DNA of 51,142 bases. Origin: Bacteroidales bacterium. GTDB taxonomy: Bacteria > Bacteroidota > Bacteroidia > Bacteroidales > UBA4181. The notes under the pieces are model-generated. The model worked only from the letters and a program-made list of their open reading frames with translations. It was not told the origin of the DNA and made no database searches. Shown piece after piece: positions 1 through 9,300 of this stretch. Every line of letters starts with the position of its first letter. Position 1 is the first letter of the stretch. Both the position numbers and the translations under genes were made by a program. The DNA is taken from contig JAISWR010000019.1 of NCBI GenBank assembly GCA_031270985.1, positions 1 through 51,142 on the forward strand. Reading direction: 5' to 3'.

Positions 1-123
1 TGAGTTAATGCCTGTCTGTAACAGCAGATATGCCAAACTCGCAGGGGAAAATCGCATCATAAGGCGAAAATAGGTATGACAGCGTTCTTTGAAAGAATTT
101 ATAGGGGAAAATTACATGATAAT

Positions 124-151
124 TTTGAGATGACAAGTTTGAGATGGCAAG
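124..151. repeat. 14-bp tandem direct repeat (TTTGAGATGACAAG / TTTGAGATGGCAAG)
   Basis: Two adjacent copies, 124-137 and 138-151, with one mismatch, about 30 bp beyond the tRNA 3' end. Confidence 0.7.
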
Positions 152-180
152 TATTTTTGCCGGTGGTTTAAAAACTCAAG

Positions 181-262
181 TGCGGACGAAGGGACTCGAA
201 CCCCCACGCCTTACGGCACCAGATCCTAAGTCTGGCGCGGCTACCAATTACGCCACGTCCGC
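181..262 (-). tRNA. tRNA-Leu (anticodon TAG)
   Basis: Reverse complement GCGGACGTGGCGTAATTGGTAGCCGCGCCAGACTTAGGATCTGGTGCCGTAAGGCGTGGGGGTTCGAGTCCCTTCGTCCGCA. It has acceptor stem GCGGACG/CGTCCGC, D-loop GG, anticodon arm CCAGA-CTTAGGA-TCTGG, long variable arm and TTCGA T-loop. CCA is not encoded. Confidence 0.97.
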
Positions 263-273
263 AAATTGTGATG

Positions 274-1260
274 TCAGTATGCCCACTTCACATACACGGC
301 GCCCCATGTGAAGCCGCCGCCAAAAGCGGCAAGAATCAGCTTGTCTCCTTTTTTCAGTTGCGGCATCCATTCGTACAGGCACAGGGGAATAGTGGCTGCG
401 GTGGTGTTCCCGTATTTTTCGATGTTGATCATCACCTTGTCGGGGGTAAGTCCTATTCGGCGGCTTACCGCGTCGATGATGCGCAGGTTTGCCTGATGGG
501 GTACCAGCCATGCGAGATCGTCTGGGGTGATACGGTGTCGTTCCATCATCTCCACCACCACATCTGCCATGTTCGACACGGCATATTTGAACACCATCTT
601 CCCGTCCTGATGCGTGTAGTGCATACGTTTACTGACGGTATCGTGCGAAGCGGGATACTGCGATCCGCCGCCTTGCAGGTACAGGTAGTGGCGTCCCACT
701 CCGTCCACGTGGAACAGATGGTCGACGATGCCTGTGTCTTCGGTGGAAGGCTCAATCAGCAGTGCGGTGGCGGCGTCGCCGAACAACGGACAGGTGGTAC
801 GGTCGGTATAGTCCGTCACGGCAGACATCTTATCGCCCGCCAGCAGCAGCGCTTTTTTGTAGCGTCCCGACTCGACGAACCTGCTGACCGTTTCCAGCGC
901 ATAAATGAAGCTGGAGCAGGCAGCCAGCAGATCGTAGCCCCACGCATTGTGTATGCCCAGTTTGTCGCACACAATACATGCCGTTGCCGGAAACAACATG
1001 TCCGGCGTATTGGTGGCAGCCACCACAAAATCTATTTCTTCGGGGGAGGTATTCGTTTTTTCCAGCAGTTTTTTTGCTGCCTCCGTCATCATGTCCGAAG
1101 TGGCAAGTTCGCCCTTTAATATTCTGCGTTCCTTAATGCCTACCCGCTGCATGATCCATTCGTCGGAGGTATCCACCATCGCGCCTAATTTCTCGTTGGT
1201 CAACCGGTATTCGGGAAGAAAGGCTTCTATGGCGGTGATGGCTGCTCTAATTTCGCTCAT
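274..1260 (-). CDS. fabH: beta-ketoacyl-ACP synthase III
   Basis: DTSDEWI, AACSSF (catalytic Cys), LFGDAA, PHQAN (His), YGNTTAA (Asn), FGGGFTWG. Start placed at MSEIRAA (1260), overlapping the end of plsX. Confidence 0.97.
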   Translation of the reverse strand: MSEIRAAITAIEAFLPEYRLTNEKLGAMVDTSDEWIMQRVGIKERRILKGELATSDMMTEAAKKLLEKTNTSPEEIDFVVAATNTPDMLFPATACIVCDKLGIHNAWGYDLLAACSSFIYALETVSRFVESGRYKKALLLAGDKMSAVTDYTDRTTCPLFGDAATALLIEPSTEDTGIVDHLFHVDGVGRHYLYLQGGGSQYPASHDTVSKRMHYTHQDGKMVFKYAVSNMADVVVEMMERHRITPDDLAWLVPHQANLRIIDAVSRRIGLTPDKVMINIEKYGNTTAATIPLCLYEWMPQLKKGDKLILAAFGGGFTWGAVYVKWAY

Positions 1261-2200
1261 CGGGTTTAAAATATTTTTTAATTTTTGACGGTAAATCGGC
1301 TTCCACCACATCTTGCGAAAGCAGGATCATATTTTTGATTGCCATACTGTTAGATGCTCCGTGACCGATAATTACGTTGGAATTGATGCCCAGCACGGGT
1401 GTTCCTCCGTAATTGTCGGGATTGAGGGAGTCGAAAAATTTGTCTCTGATTCCTTTTTGTTCCGCTATATGGCTGAATCCCTCGACGGTCTTCAGCAAGA
1501 CATTTCCCACAAAACCATCGCACACAATCACATCGGCTTTTTCCTGAAAGATTTCATGTCCTTCCACGTTGCCGATAAAATTGTAGTTTTTGGATTCGTT
1601 CATCAGCGTATATGCCGATTTGGTAAGCAGGTCGCCTTTTTCGGGTTCCGACCCGATATTCAGCAATCCTACTTTCGGATTGGGGATGTTGCACACAAAC
1701 TCGGCATACAGCGACCCCAGTAAGCCGTACTGTGCAAGCACGTCGGGTTTGCAGTCGGCGTTAAGCCCCACGTCCAGCAACACGTTTACTTTCCCGTCCA
1801 GACGGGGGGAAGCAACGGCAATGGCGGGACGGATGATGCCCTCAATGGATTTGACGGTGTACATGGCGCCTACCATCATCGCTCCGGTGCTGCCTGCGCT
1901 TGCGAAAACGTCTATTTTCCCGGCGCTCAGCAATTCGTATCCCACGTAGATGCTTGAGCGTGTTTTTTGCGCAAAGGCTTTCGAGGGATGGTCGCCCATA
2001 GTGATGGTGTCGGGGGCGTCCACAATTTCAAACCGCGACGAATCAAATCCTTCGCGTGTGCAAATGGCGCGGATGGCGTCTCCGTCGCCGATCAACACTA
2101 TTTTTACTTTCGGATGCAACCGCGGAGACGCCGAAATTGCCCCCTGTACGGTCACTTCCGGAGCAAAATCGCCACCCATAACGTCTAAACCTATCTTCAT
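1247..2200 (-). CDS. plsX: phosphate:acyl-ACP acyltransferase PlsX
   Basis: DVMGGDFAP, SAGSTGA, RPAI, LLDVGLNAD, LLNIGSEPEKG, GNVEG, VCDGFVGNV. Canonical rpmF-plsX-fabH context. Confidence 0.96.
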   Translation of the reverse strand: MKIGLDVMGGDFAPEVTVQGAISASPRLHPKVKIVLIGDGDAIRAICTREGFDSSRFEIVDAPDTITMGDHPSKAFAQKTRSSIYVGYELLSAGKIDVFASAGSTGAMMVGAMYTVKSIEGIIRPAIAVASPRLDGKVNVLLDVGLNADCKPDVLAQYGLLGSLYAEFVCNIPNPKVGLLNIGSEPEKGDLLTKSAYTLMNESKNYNFIGNVEGHEIFQEKADVIVCDGFVGNVLLKTVEGFSHIAEQKGIRDKFFDSLNPDNYGGTPVLGINSNVIIGHGASNSMAIKNMILLSQDVVEADLPSKIKKYFKPDERN

Positions 2201-2262
2201 AGTACGAACATTATATTGTTCACCAAAATAAATACGACCCGTTTTATGGGATTTTTATGGCG

Positions 2263-2451
2263 CTATGCTACCGCAGTGTCCTGTTCTACGGCTAATTTGC
2301 CACGATAATAGCCACATGACGGGCACACCCTGTGGTACAACATCGTGCCCGAACAATTGGGGCATTTTACCACGGTAGGAACGCTTGCTTTGTCATGCGT
2401 TCTTCTTTTATCCCTTCTTTGTTTCGAATGTCTTCGTTTTGGATTTGGCAT
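2263..2451 (-). CDS. rpmF: 50S ribosomal protein L32
   Basis: MPNPKRRHSKQRRDKRR, CPNC...HRVCPSCGYYRG zinc-ribbon. Confidence 0.97.
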   Translation of the reverse strand: MPNPKRRHSKQRRDKRRTHDKASVPTVVKCPNCSGTMLYHRVCPSCGYYRGKLAVEQDTAVA

Positions 2452-2480
2452 TTCTTTTTAAAATTAAATTTCGAAAATAT

Positions 2481-2981
2481 TCAATTGTCGCCGGAACGTT
2501 CCTTTACCAGATACCGCTCCAACTGTTTTATCATTTCTTCGTTACAGGCACTCTTCCCAGCGGCGTCATCCTGATGTACTCTTCGTACGGGTAACGCCAA
2601 ATGAATATATTCGTACAAATGATGTGTCATGTCCATTTCATGTGCATCATGGGATAATATCACCACATCCGTATCGTCGTCGTCTTCTTCTTTGCCGGAA
2701 AAATTTCCGAATCCGACAATCATCCGCACCTCCGTTTCGATGTCCACTTTTAAAGGGTCAAGACACCTGTCGCACTGCACTTCCGCCCATCCAGTCATGG
2801 AAAATTCCACTTCCATGAAATACACGTGCTTTACCGCTGTGAGGTGTACTTTGATGCATGCATCTTCAATTTCGGATGTTTCGCATTCCGCAAAAAAGAC
2901 TTTTTCTATCAGCCAATCAAACTCGTGCACCCCGATAGACAGGCTTCCGAACGGTATAACATACAAAGCCGAATGATCCAT
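2481..2981 (-). CDS. yceD: DUF177/YceD family protein
   Basis: CDRCL motif, YEYIHLALP, position upstream of rpmF. Start placed at MDHSALY, downstream of a -7 promoter motif. Confidence 0.88.
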   Translation of the reverse strand: MDHSALYVIPFGSLSIGVHEFDWLIEKVFFAECETSEIEDACIKVHLTAVKHVYFMEVEFSMTGWAEVQCDRCLDPLKVDIETEVRMIVGFGNFSGKEEDDDDTDVVILSHDAHEMDMTHHLYEYIHLALPVRRVHQDDAAGKSACNEEMIKQLERYLVKERSGDN

Positions 2982-3003
2982 CCTTGTACAAAAATTCAGG
3001 CTG

Positions 3004-3011
3004 CAAAGGTA
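3004..3011 (-). promoter_or_regulatory. Bacteroidota -7 promoter element (TACCTTTG) for the yceD-rpmF-plsX-fabH operon
   Basis: Matches TAnnTTTG consensus, about 22 nt upstream of the yceD start. Confidence 0.6.
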
Positions 3012-3240
3012 CAAATTAAATCCCAAACCACGCATATTTATCCGAAAAAAAGTGTCAAAATCTATCAATGCATTATTATTTACGGTTTTGGTGCGATTAT
3101 TGCCGGAGGAAAAACGCAAAAATGCTGTTCCGCCGTTTGGTGCCTGTGTTTTTGTCCGTCAGACGGCAGGGTTTGCGCTGTCCGAATGTTTGTAAAAAGA
3201 TTTTTTGTCTTCCCCGTTTTCATTTTTCATTGGGGAATCG

Positions 3241-3248
3241 TATATTTG
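3241..3248 (+). promoter_or_regulatory. Bacteroidota -7 promoter element (TATATTTG) for galE
   Basis: TAnnTTTG consensus 33 nt upstream of the galE ATG, followed by an AT-rich leader. Confidence 0.6.
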
Positions 3249-3281
3249 CAACAAATATTTTGTGCTAAAAATGAAGTAAAA

Positions 3282-4316
3282 ATGAAGAAAGTATTAGTAA
3301 CGGGAGGAACGGGATTCATTGGTTCTCACACGGTGACAGAGCTGGTGGACGCTGGTTATGAGGTGGTGATTGCCGACAATTTGTCCAACTCGAGAACAGG
3401 CGCTTTGGACGGGATTCAAAAAATCACGGGCGTTCAGCCGGCTTTTGAAAAGATTGATCTTTGCGACAAAGTCGCTTTTGCGGACATGTTGCGGAGACAC
3501 TGTGGAATTGACGCCATCATCCATTTTGCCGCTCACAAAGCGGTAGGCGAATCGGTGCGGCAACCTTTGAAATACTACCGCAATAATCTGGATTCACTCA
3601 TCAATATTTTGGAATTGATGCCCGAACATGCGATTGAGCATCTGATATTTTCGTCGTCATGTACAGTGTACGGTCAGCCGGAGAAGTTGCCGGTGACGGA
3701 GCAGTCGCCCATACAGCCGGCTACGTCGCCTTACGGTAACACCAAGCAGGTGTCAGAAGCCATCATCCGCGACACGGTGGCAGCGTCCACAAACATCCAA
3801 AGCATCGCTCTGCGCTACTTTAATCCCATAGGCGCACACGCATCGGCACTGATTGGCGAATTGCCGACAGGCGTTCCCAACAATCTGGTGCCCTTCATCA
3901 CGCAGACCGCCATTGGCATCCGCGAACAGTTGAGCGTGTTCGGCAACGACTACAATACGCCCGACGGTTCGTGCATCAGGGACTATATCCACGTGGTGGA
4001 TTTGGCAAAAGCACATGTGGTAGCCGTCGGCAGACTTCTGGATCGCAAGAATAAAGCCGCGTTTGAGGTGTTCAACCTCGGAACAGGACATGGCGTATCG
4101 GTGTTGGAATTGGTACACGCTTTCGAGAAAACGACCGGCGTGAAACTCAATTACAAAATCGTTGCCCGTCGTCCCGGAGATACCGAACAGGTATGGGCGG
4201 ACACCGCTTATGCCAACAAGGAGCTTGGATGGAAAGCCCAAAGCACGCTTGAAGAAACTTTGCTTTCCGCGTGGAAATGGGAAAAATATTACAAGGAAAG
4301 CGGAGGATGGGAATAA
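3282..4316 (+). CDS. galE: UDP-glucose 4-epimerase
   Basis: VTGGTGFIGSH, HFAAHKAVGESV, FSSSCTVYG, YGNTK (YxxxK), LRYFNPIGAH, DGSCIRDYIHV. True start is MKKVLV at 3282. Confidence 0.97.
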   Translation: MKKVLVTGGTGFIGSHTVTELVDAGYEVVIADNLSNSRTGALDGIQKITGVQPAFEKIDLCDKVAFADMLRRHCGIDAIIHFAAHKAVGESVRQPLKYYRNNLDSLINILELMPEHAIEHLIFSSSCTVYGQPEKLPVTEQSPIQPATSPYGNTKQVSEAIIRDTVAASTNIQSIALRYFNPIGAHASALIGELPTGVPNNLVPFITQTAIGIREQLSVFGNDYNTPDGSCIRDYIHVVDLAKAHVVAVGRLLDRKNKAAFEVFNLGTGHGVSVLELVHAFEKTTGVKLNYKIVARRPGDTEQVWADTAYANKELGWKAQSTLEETLLSAWKWEKYYKESGGWE

Positions 4317-4329
4317 ATTCGGCGAGATC

Positions 4330-5397
4330 ATGCAAACTCCCAAAAAAATAAGGATTACCGATATTGCTTTTATGGCGGGCGTTTCGCCGGGAACCGTGGA
4401 CAGAGTGTTGCACCATCGCGGACAGGTAGCTGAAGAAAGCCGTAAAAAAATCATGTCCATCGTGGAAAAGTATCACTATCGCCCGAACATCTTTGCACGG
4501 TCGCTGGCAAGACGGGAACCGTTGCGAATAGTCGCACTTTTGCCGCAACATCAGACGGGAGAATATTGGGAAGCGCCGGAAAAAGGCATCCTGCGGGCGG
4601 AAGCGGAAATGCATAATTACAATATCGCGGTTGAAAAACTGTATTTCAACCAATTTGACGCCAAAAGTTTTGCCAATGCTGCGGAAATGCTGCTCAAAAG
4701 CAAACCGGACGCCGCCCTGCTGGCGCCTACTTTCCGCAATGAAGCCGTATCGTTGATGCAACAACTTTGCGAACGCAATATCCCCGGTGTGTATATTGAT
4801 TCCAATGCCGCCGACGATTATTATTTCTCCTATTTCGGGCAAAATTCCTATCAAAGTGGATACGTTGCCGCGCAACTCTTGCAGAATGGTTTGCCGCAGG
4901 GAACGGAAATCCTTGTCGTACACACTTTGCATATTGACGGCATATCCAATCAAACACAAAGACGCGAGGAAGGATTCACAGCATATTTCACACAAAACAA
5001 ACTGACTGATCACTACCACTTTGTACATGTCAAATTATCGGTGGACGATCACCGGAGCAATGTTGTGGAAATCGGGAAAATCGTTGCGCAATCCCGTATC
5101 AGCGCCGCCATCGTGTTTCATTCGCGGGTACATTATCTGGCAGATATTTTTAAGCAACTCAAAATAAACCATATCCGATTAATCGGGTACGACCTTTCGG
5201 GCGATAATGTGCCCGGTCTTAAAGAAGGACTAATATCGTTCCTGATAGCGCAACGCCCCGAAGACCAAGGTTATCAGGGAATCATGGCGCTATGCAACTG
5301 GCTGATATTCAACAACGAAGTGAAACGCATCAATTATGTGCCCATAGATATTCTCACTAAATCCAACGTAGATGATTACATAAATTATAATAACTGA
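4330..5397 (+). CDS. LacI-family transcriptional regulator
   Basis: N-terminal HTH ITDIAFMAGVSPGTVDRVLH, YRPNIFARSL, then a periplasmic-binding-protein-like sugar-sensing domain (LIGYD, IAQRPEDQGY). Confidence 0.92.
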   Translation: MQTPKKIRITDIAFMAGVSPGTVDRVLHHRGQVAEESRKKIMSIVEKYHYRPNIFARSLARREPLRIVALLPQHQTGEYWEAPEKGILRAEAEMHNYNIAVEKLYFNQFDAKSFANAAEMLLKSKPDAALLAPTFRNEAVSLMQQLCERNIPGVYIDSNAADDYYFSYFGQNSYQSGYVAAQLLQNGLPQGTEILVVHTLHIDGISNQTQRREEGFTAYFTQNKLTDHYHFVHVKLSVDDHRSNVVEIGKIVAQSRISAAIVFHSRVHYLADIFKQLKINHIRLIGYDLSGDNVPGLKEGLISFLIAQRPEDQGYQGIMALCNWLIFNNEVKRINYVPIDILTKSNVDDYINYNN

Positions 5398-5417
5398 TTT
5401 TAAAATTAAATTAAAAA

Positions 5418-6254
5418 ATGAAGACCATGAAAAAAACTGGAGTAACTATTTGTTTCACATTATGTTATGTGATGTTCATGACCATGTTTGAAATGTGCGG
5501 TTCACGCGCGGCATCGACAAATGACAACACTACGGCAACAAAATCGACGGAGTACGGTATGGACAACTGTGTAGCCTCTTTTGCACAGGAGCGTGTTGAA
5601 CCCACTGATGCGGGATGGATGTTTTGGTTTTTCCGCGACTCTTTTACCGAAAGCGGCATCAACCTGAAAATGTCGTATGTGGATAAAGAAACTGCAATGC
5701 ACCCGCCCCACAAACATTTTGACAAAGAGATTTTCTACATCCTCGAAGGAGAAGCGGAAGTGTATCTCGAAGGCGCAACAAGAGTGATTGGTACCAACAG
5801 TAGTTTTTTCTGCCCAAGCAATATGATGCACGGCATCAAGCGGGCAAACGATCAACCGTTGAAATATTTGGTCATACGGGGCGGTCAAAAAAGCGACGTC
5901 ACCACTCCTCAGGAAGGCGAATTTACGCTGGACAACTGCGTGACGGAATTTTCGGAGCAAAACGTACAAGTTGCCAAAACCGGCTGGTATTTTTGGTTTG
6001 CACCCAAAAAATTCACCGAAGGACTGAACCTGAAAATGACTTATGTGGACAAACTGACCGGCACACACGAACCCCACCAACATTCGGGCGATGAAATTAT
6101 CTGTTTGCTGGAAGGCGAAGGCGAAGTGTTCATCAATAATGAAAGCAGAATCGTGTCTCCCAACACCGCTTTTTATTATCCGGACAGTTCGCTTCATTGT
6201 CTGAAAAGGACAAATCTCGAAGTCCCCGTCAGGTATTTGGTCATCAACCCCTGA
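5418..6254 (+). CDS. exported tandem cupin (bicupin) protein
   Basis: Two cupin repeats, each with HxxHxH...E and a downstream H (HPPHKH..EIFYILEG..MMHG; HEPHQH..EIICLLEG..SLHC). Hydrophobic N-terminus suggests a signal peptide. Confidence 0.8.
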   Translation: MKTMKKTGVTICFTLCYVMFMTMFEMCGSRAASTNDNTTATKSTEYGMDNCVASFAQERVEPTDAGWMFWFFRDSFTESGINLKMSYVDKETAMHPPHKHFDKEIFYILEGEAEVYLEGATRVIGTNSSFFCPSNMMHGIKRANDQPLKYLVIRGGQKSDVTTPQEGEFTLDNCVTEFSEQNVQVAKTGWYFWFAPKKFTEGLNLKMTYVDKLTGTHEPHQHSGDEIICLLEGEGEVFINNESRIVSPNTAFYYPDSSLHCLKRTNLEVPVRYLVINP

Positions 6255-6336
6255 TAATTGTCAAAATCCCGTATCTTGCAAATAGTGGGAAATTAAAAAT
6301 ATTGCGGTTATCTTCGTATTCATTAAAAATATCAAA

Positions 6337-9300
6337 ATGTTTCCGTTCAAAACTGTCGTAATGTGTCTTGCCATTCTCTTTTCCGCAACTCTTTTCGGAC
6401 AGGATGTTGGCTTGCTGTTCCAACTTTCCGGCGAACACGGGCTTAAAGCCGATCACGCCGCAGGTGACGCCGTACCCAACTATCTGTACAACGTCGCCGT
6501 TATCCCCGACGGAGCGTACGGACAGGGCATCCGCTGCGGGCACACGCAATTGCTCAGTTATTGGGCTTCGGGCAATATTTATGCCCAGCGCGGCACGCTG
6601 TCATTCTTCTGGCGTGCCACACCGCCTGTAGATGAAACGCCCCTTACCCTGTTCCGCGTTTCCTATGCCGACCATTCAAGCTGGGACATGCAATGGTTGC
6701 GTATTGACTGGAACGGACACGGTTTTGACGCCTTTGTTACCGATGTCAATCTGGCGCGTATTCGCACGTCCTGTACCGCTCCAACACCGTCTCCCGCAAA
6801 ATGGACACATCTGGCGCTGGCTTGGGACGAAACGGAAGGCATACGTTTCTACGTGGATGGCATACTTGCCGGCAAACGCGATACTGTTGTTGTGCTTGAT
6901 GCCGCTCTCGATCAATTGGGGCCACACTCGCGCATCATCAGTCCCTATCAGGTACAAAGCCAGTACAACTATTTGCGCGGCGGAGATATTGACGAAGTAC
7001 TCATTTATAATCACGCCCTCACCGGCGACAACATCCGCATGCTTTCTCAAGGCGAAGAAGTCCGTTCGTCTGCCCCTGCGCGCAACCTCAATCAAGACAA
7101 ATGGCGCGACGAATGGAAACTGCGCTACGGATGGAATCGCGACGGAGACCTGCCTCCCCGTCTGGAAAACAAAACCACGACCATCCGCAAAGTACAAATC
7201 CTTGAAACATACGACGTAAAACGCTGGTGGTGGAAAGCCAACGACGGTATCCGCGAAACAACATGGCCCGGCGTGTTTAACCGTTCGCGTATCATCGGAC
7301 GCACCGATTACTACATCCTGCCCGATTGGGACTGTTACACCGTTTCCGGAAAGGAAGTACGTTTCAACATGCCCGATGAAAAATGGAACTATCTGGAAAT
7401 ATCCGGCGGAGCTGACGGCACTATCGCCGTAACACCCGATCCGCAAGGGAAAAACGGAACGAAAATATTTACGCGGGAAAAACGGAACGAACGAACTTTT
7501 CATAAGCTGGAACGCCCTGTAACGGGACAAACCATTGTGTTTGCCAACAACGTTCAGGAAACTCCCATAGGCGAATTTGACGCCTTCCTCATTCGTGAAG
7601 GAGATGCGCCGGAAGGCGTTGCAAGACTGACTTACACTCTTTCCGCGCGCGGCAACCACAATAACCCCAATATCAAAGCCGTGCGGGAATACATCAACGG
7701 GCGACATCCCGCCGACGAAATTTCCGTGATGCTGGCTACGCCCGGATACAGCGGCGGCAGGCAACTAACGCGCCGGCAAACGGAAGTAAGAACAAGCACA
7801 CCTCCAACAAACAACAAATTGCCATTGGTACACATCATCATCCCTTCCGATTTCAGAAGCGGCGCACTGGGCAACACGCTCACAGGCAACAGCGACAATT
7901 TCACCTACACCTGGCACAATATGGACGGCGGCTTGGACGGCATCCGCATCACGCTGCCCGCAATGAACGTACAGCCTCTGGAAAACGGACTGTTCCCGAT
8001 CAATGTCAAAGTAAAAGACCCGATATGGACATTGCGTAACATGATGGACGTCAGCTTCTCCGTAAAACCCAATGAAGAACGGACGGTATGGCTCGACCTG
8101 CGCGACCGCATCCTCCCCGACAACAAACCGCTGTATCTCACCATCACATCCGCAGGTGCGGATTTCAACACCAATGTGCTGGAAGGCGCTACCATCGAAC
8201 TGATATTTAAGAAAAAGAAAGAAGCCGTTGCCGAACATACGGCAGACCGTTTCGCACAGGTGAGGGATAACCATGCCATGATTGTTGAGGAACATCCTAA
8301 CAATCGACGATTGAGCAAGTACGTACAGATTGAAAACGACATGACCGACCTGTTGCACGCCGATCCCGAACATGAGCGCGGACGGGAATATTGGTACATA
8401 TACAACACGGAACAGCCACGTCCCGAAATGCGCCAAAACGATTTGCAAAGTTCGGACGCACCGCTGTGGGCGCACTTGCAACTCAAATATCTGAAGGAAT
8501 TTCGACACTTTGTGGAATGGCAAATTGATAACCGGCAGATAGAGAACGGCGAATTTGGCGGCGGATTGTCCGACGATAGCGACTTCGGCAACTTCCTGCC
8601 CCCGCTGGCGTTGATGGGCGTCATTCCCGACAAGCTGGAACGTTCGCTCAGCCTGATGATGGAAGCCGTCATTCGCGAGGGCATGATGACCAACGGCACA
8701 TCCACCATACAAACCGACGGACTGCACACCTTCGAGGAAGGCGCCAACGTGATAGGCGAATTGAACCTGTTGCGCATGGGCGATCCCAAAGAAGTAGAAC
8801 GTCTGATGGAAGTCGCTTATGCGCTGAAACACCATATCACGGGCGTCAATCCTGCGGGACACCGCCATTTCCGTTCCGACTTCTTTAGCGCCACCAAAAC
8901 AGCAAAAGGAGAATGGGCATGGTCGTTCCCATGGGCAGGACTGCATACGATTCCCGCTATCCAGATGGCTGAATTTTACGGAAACGCCGAAGCGCGACAG
9001 TTAGTCATTGACATTGCCGACGGTTATCTGGCACATGCTACCGTTACGCCCGACGGAAACGTGAACGTCCACAGTCAAATCAGTTTCTACGGCGACACCA
9101 TCCGCACTTCGGGACAGGACAGCACTTTCCCCATTCTGTGGGCAGCATGGAAATGGACAGGCAATCAGAAATACCTGAAACCCATACTTGACAGGGGAGA
9201 AGCAGGTTTGAGGGCCATTACCTCCAACGCACTCGACCTTGCCGACCTGAGGCAAACGCTGGGTAAAGAAATCATTGCAAACGTCACTCCGGAAAACGGT

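Noticed and set aside
2826-3281. 152-aa N-terminal extension of galE in the ORF track
   Set aside because: It overlaps yceD and the divergent promoter region. GalE homology starts at MKKVLVTGG (3282), downstream of a -7 box.
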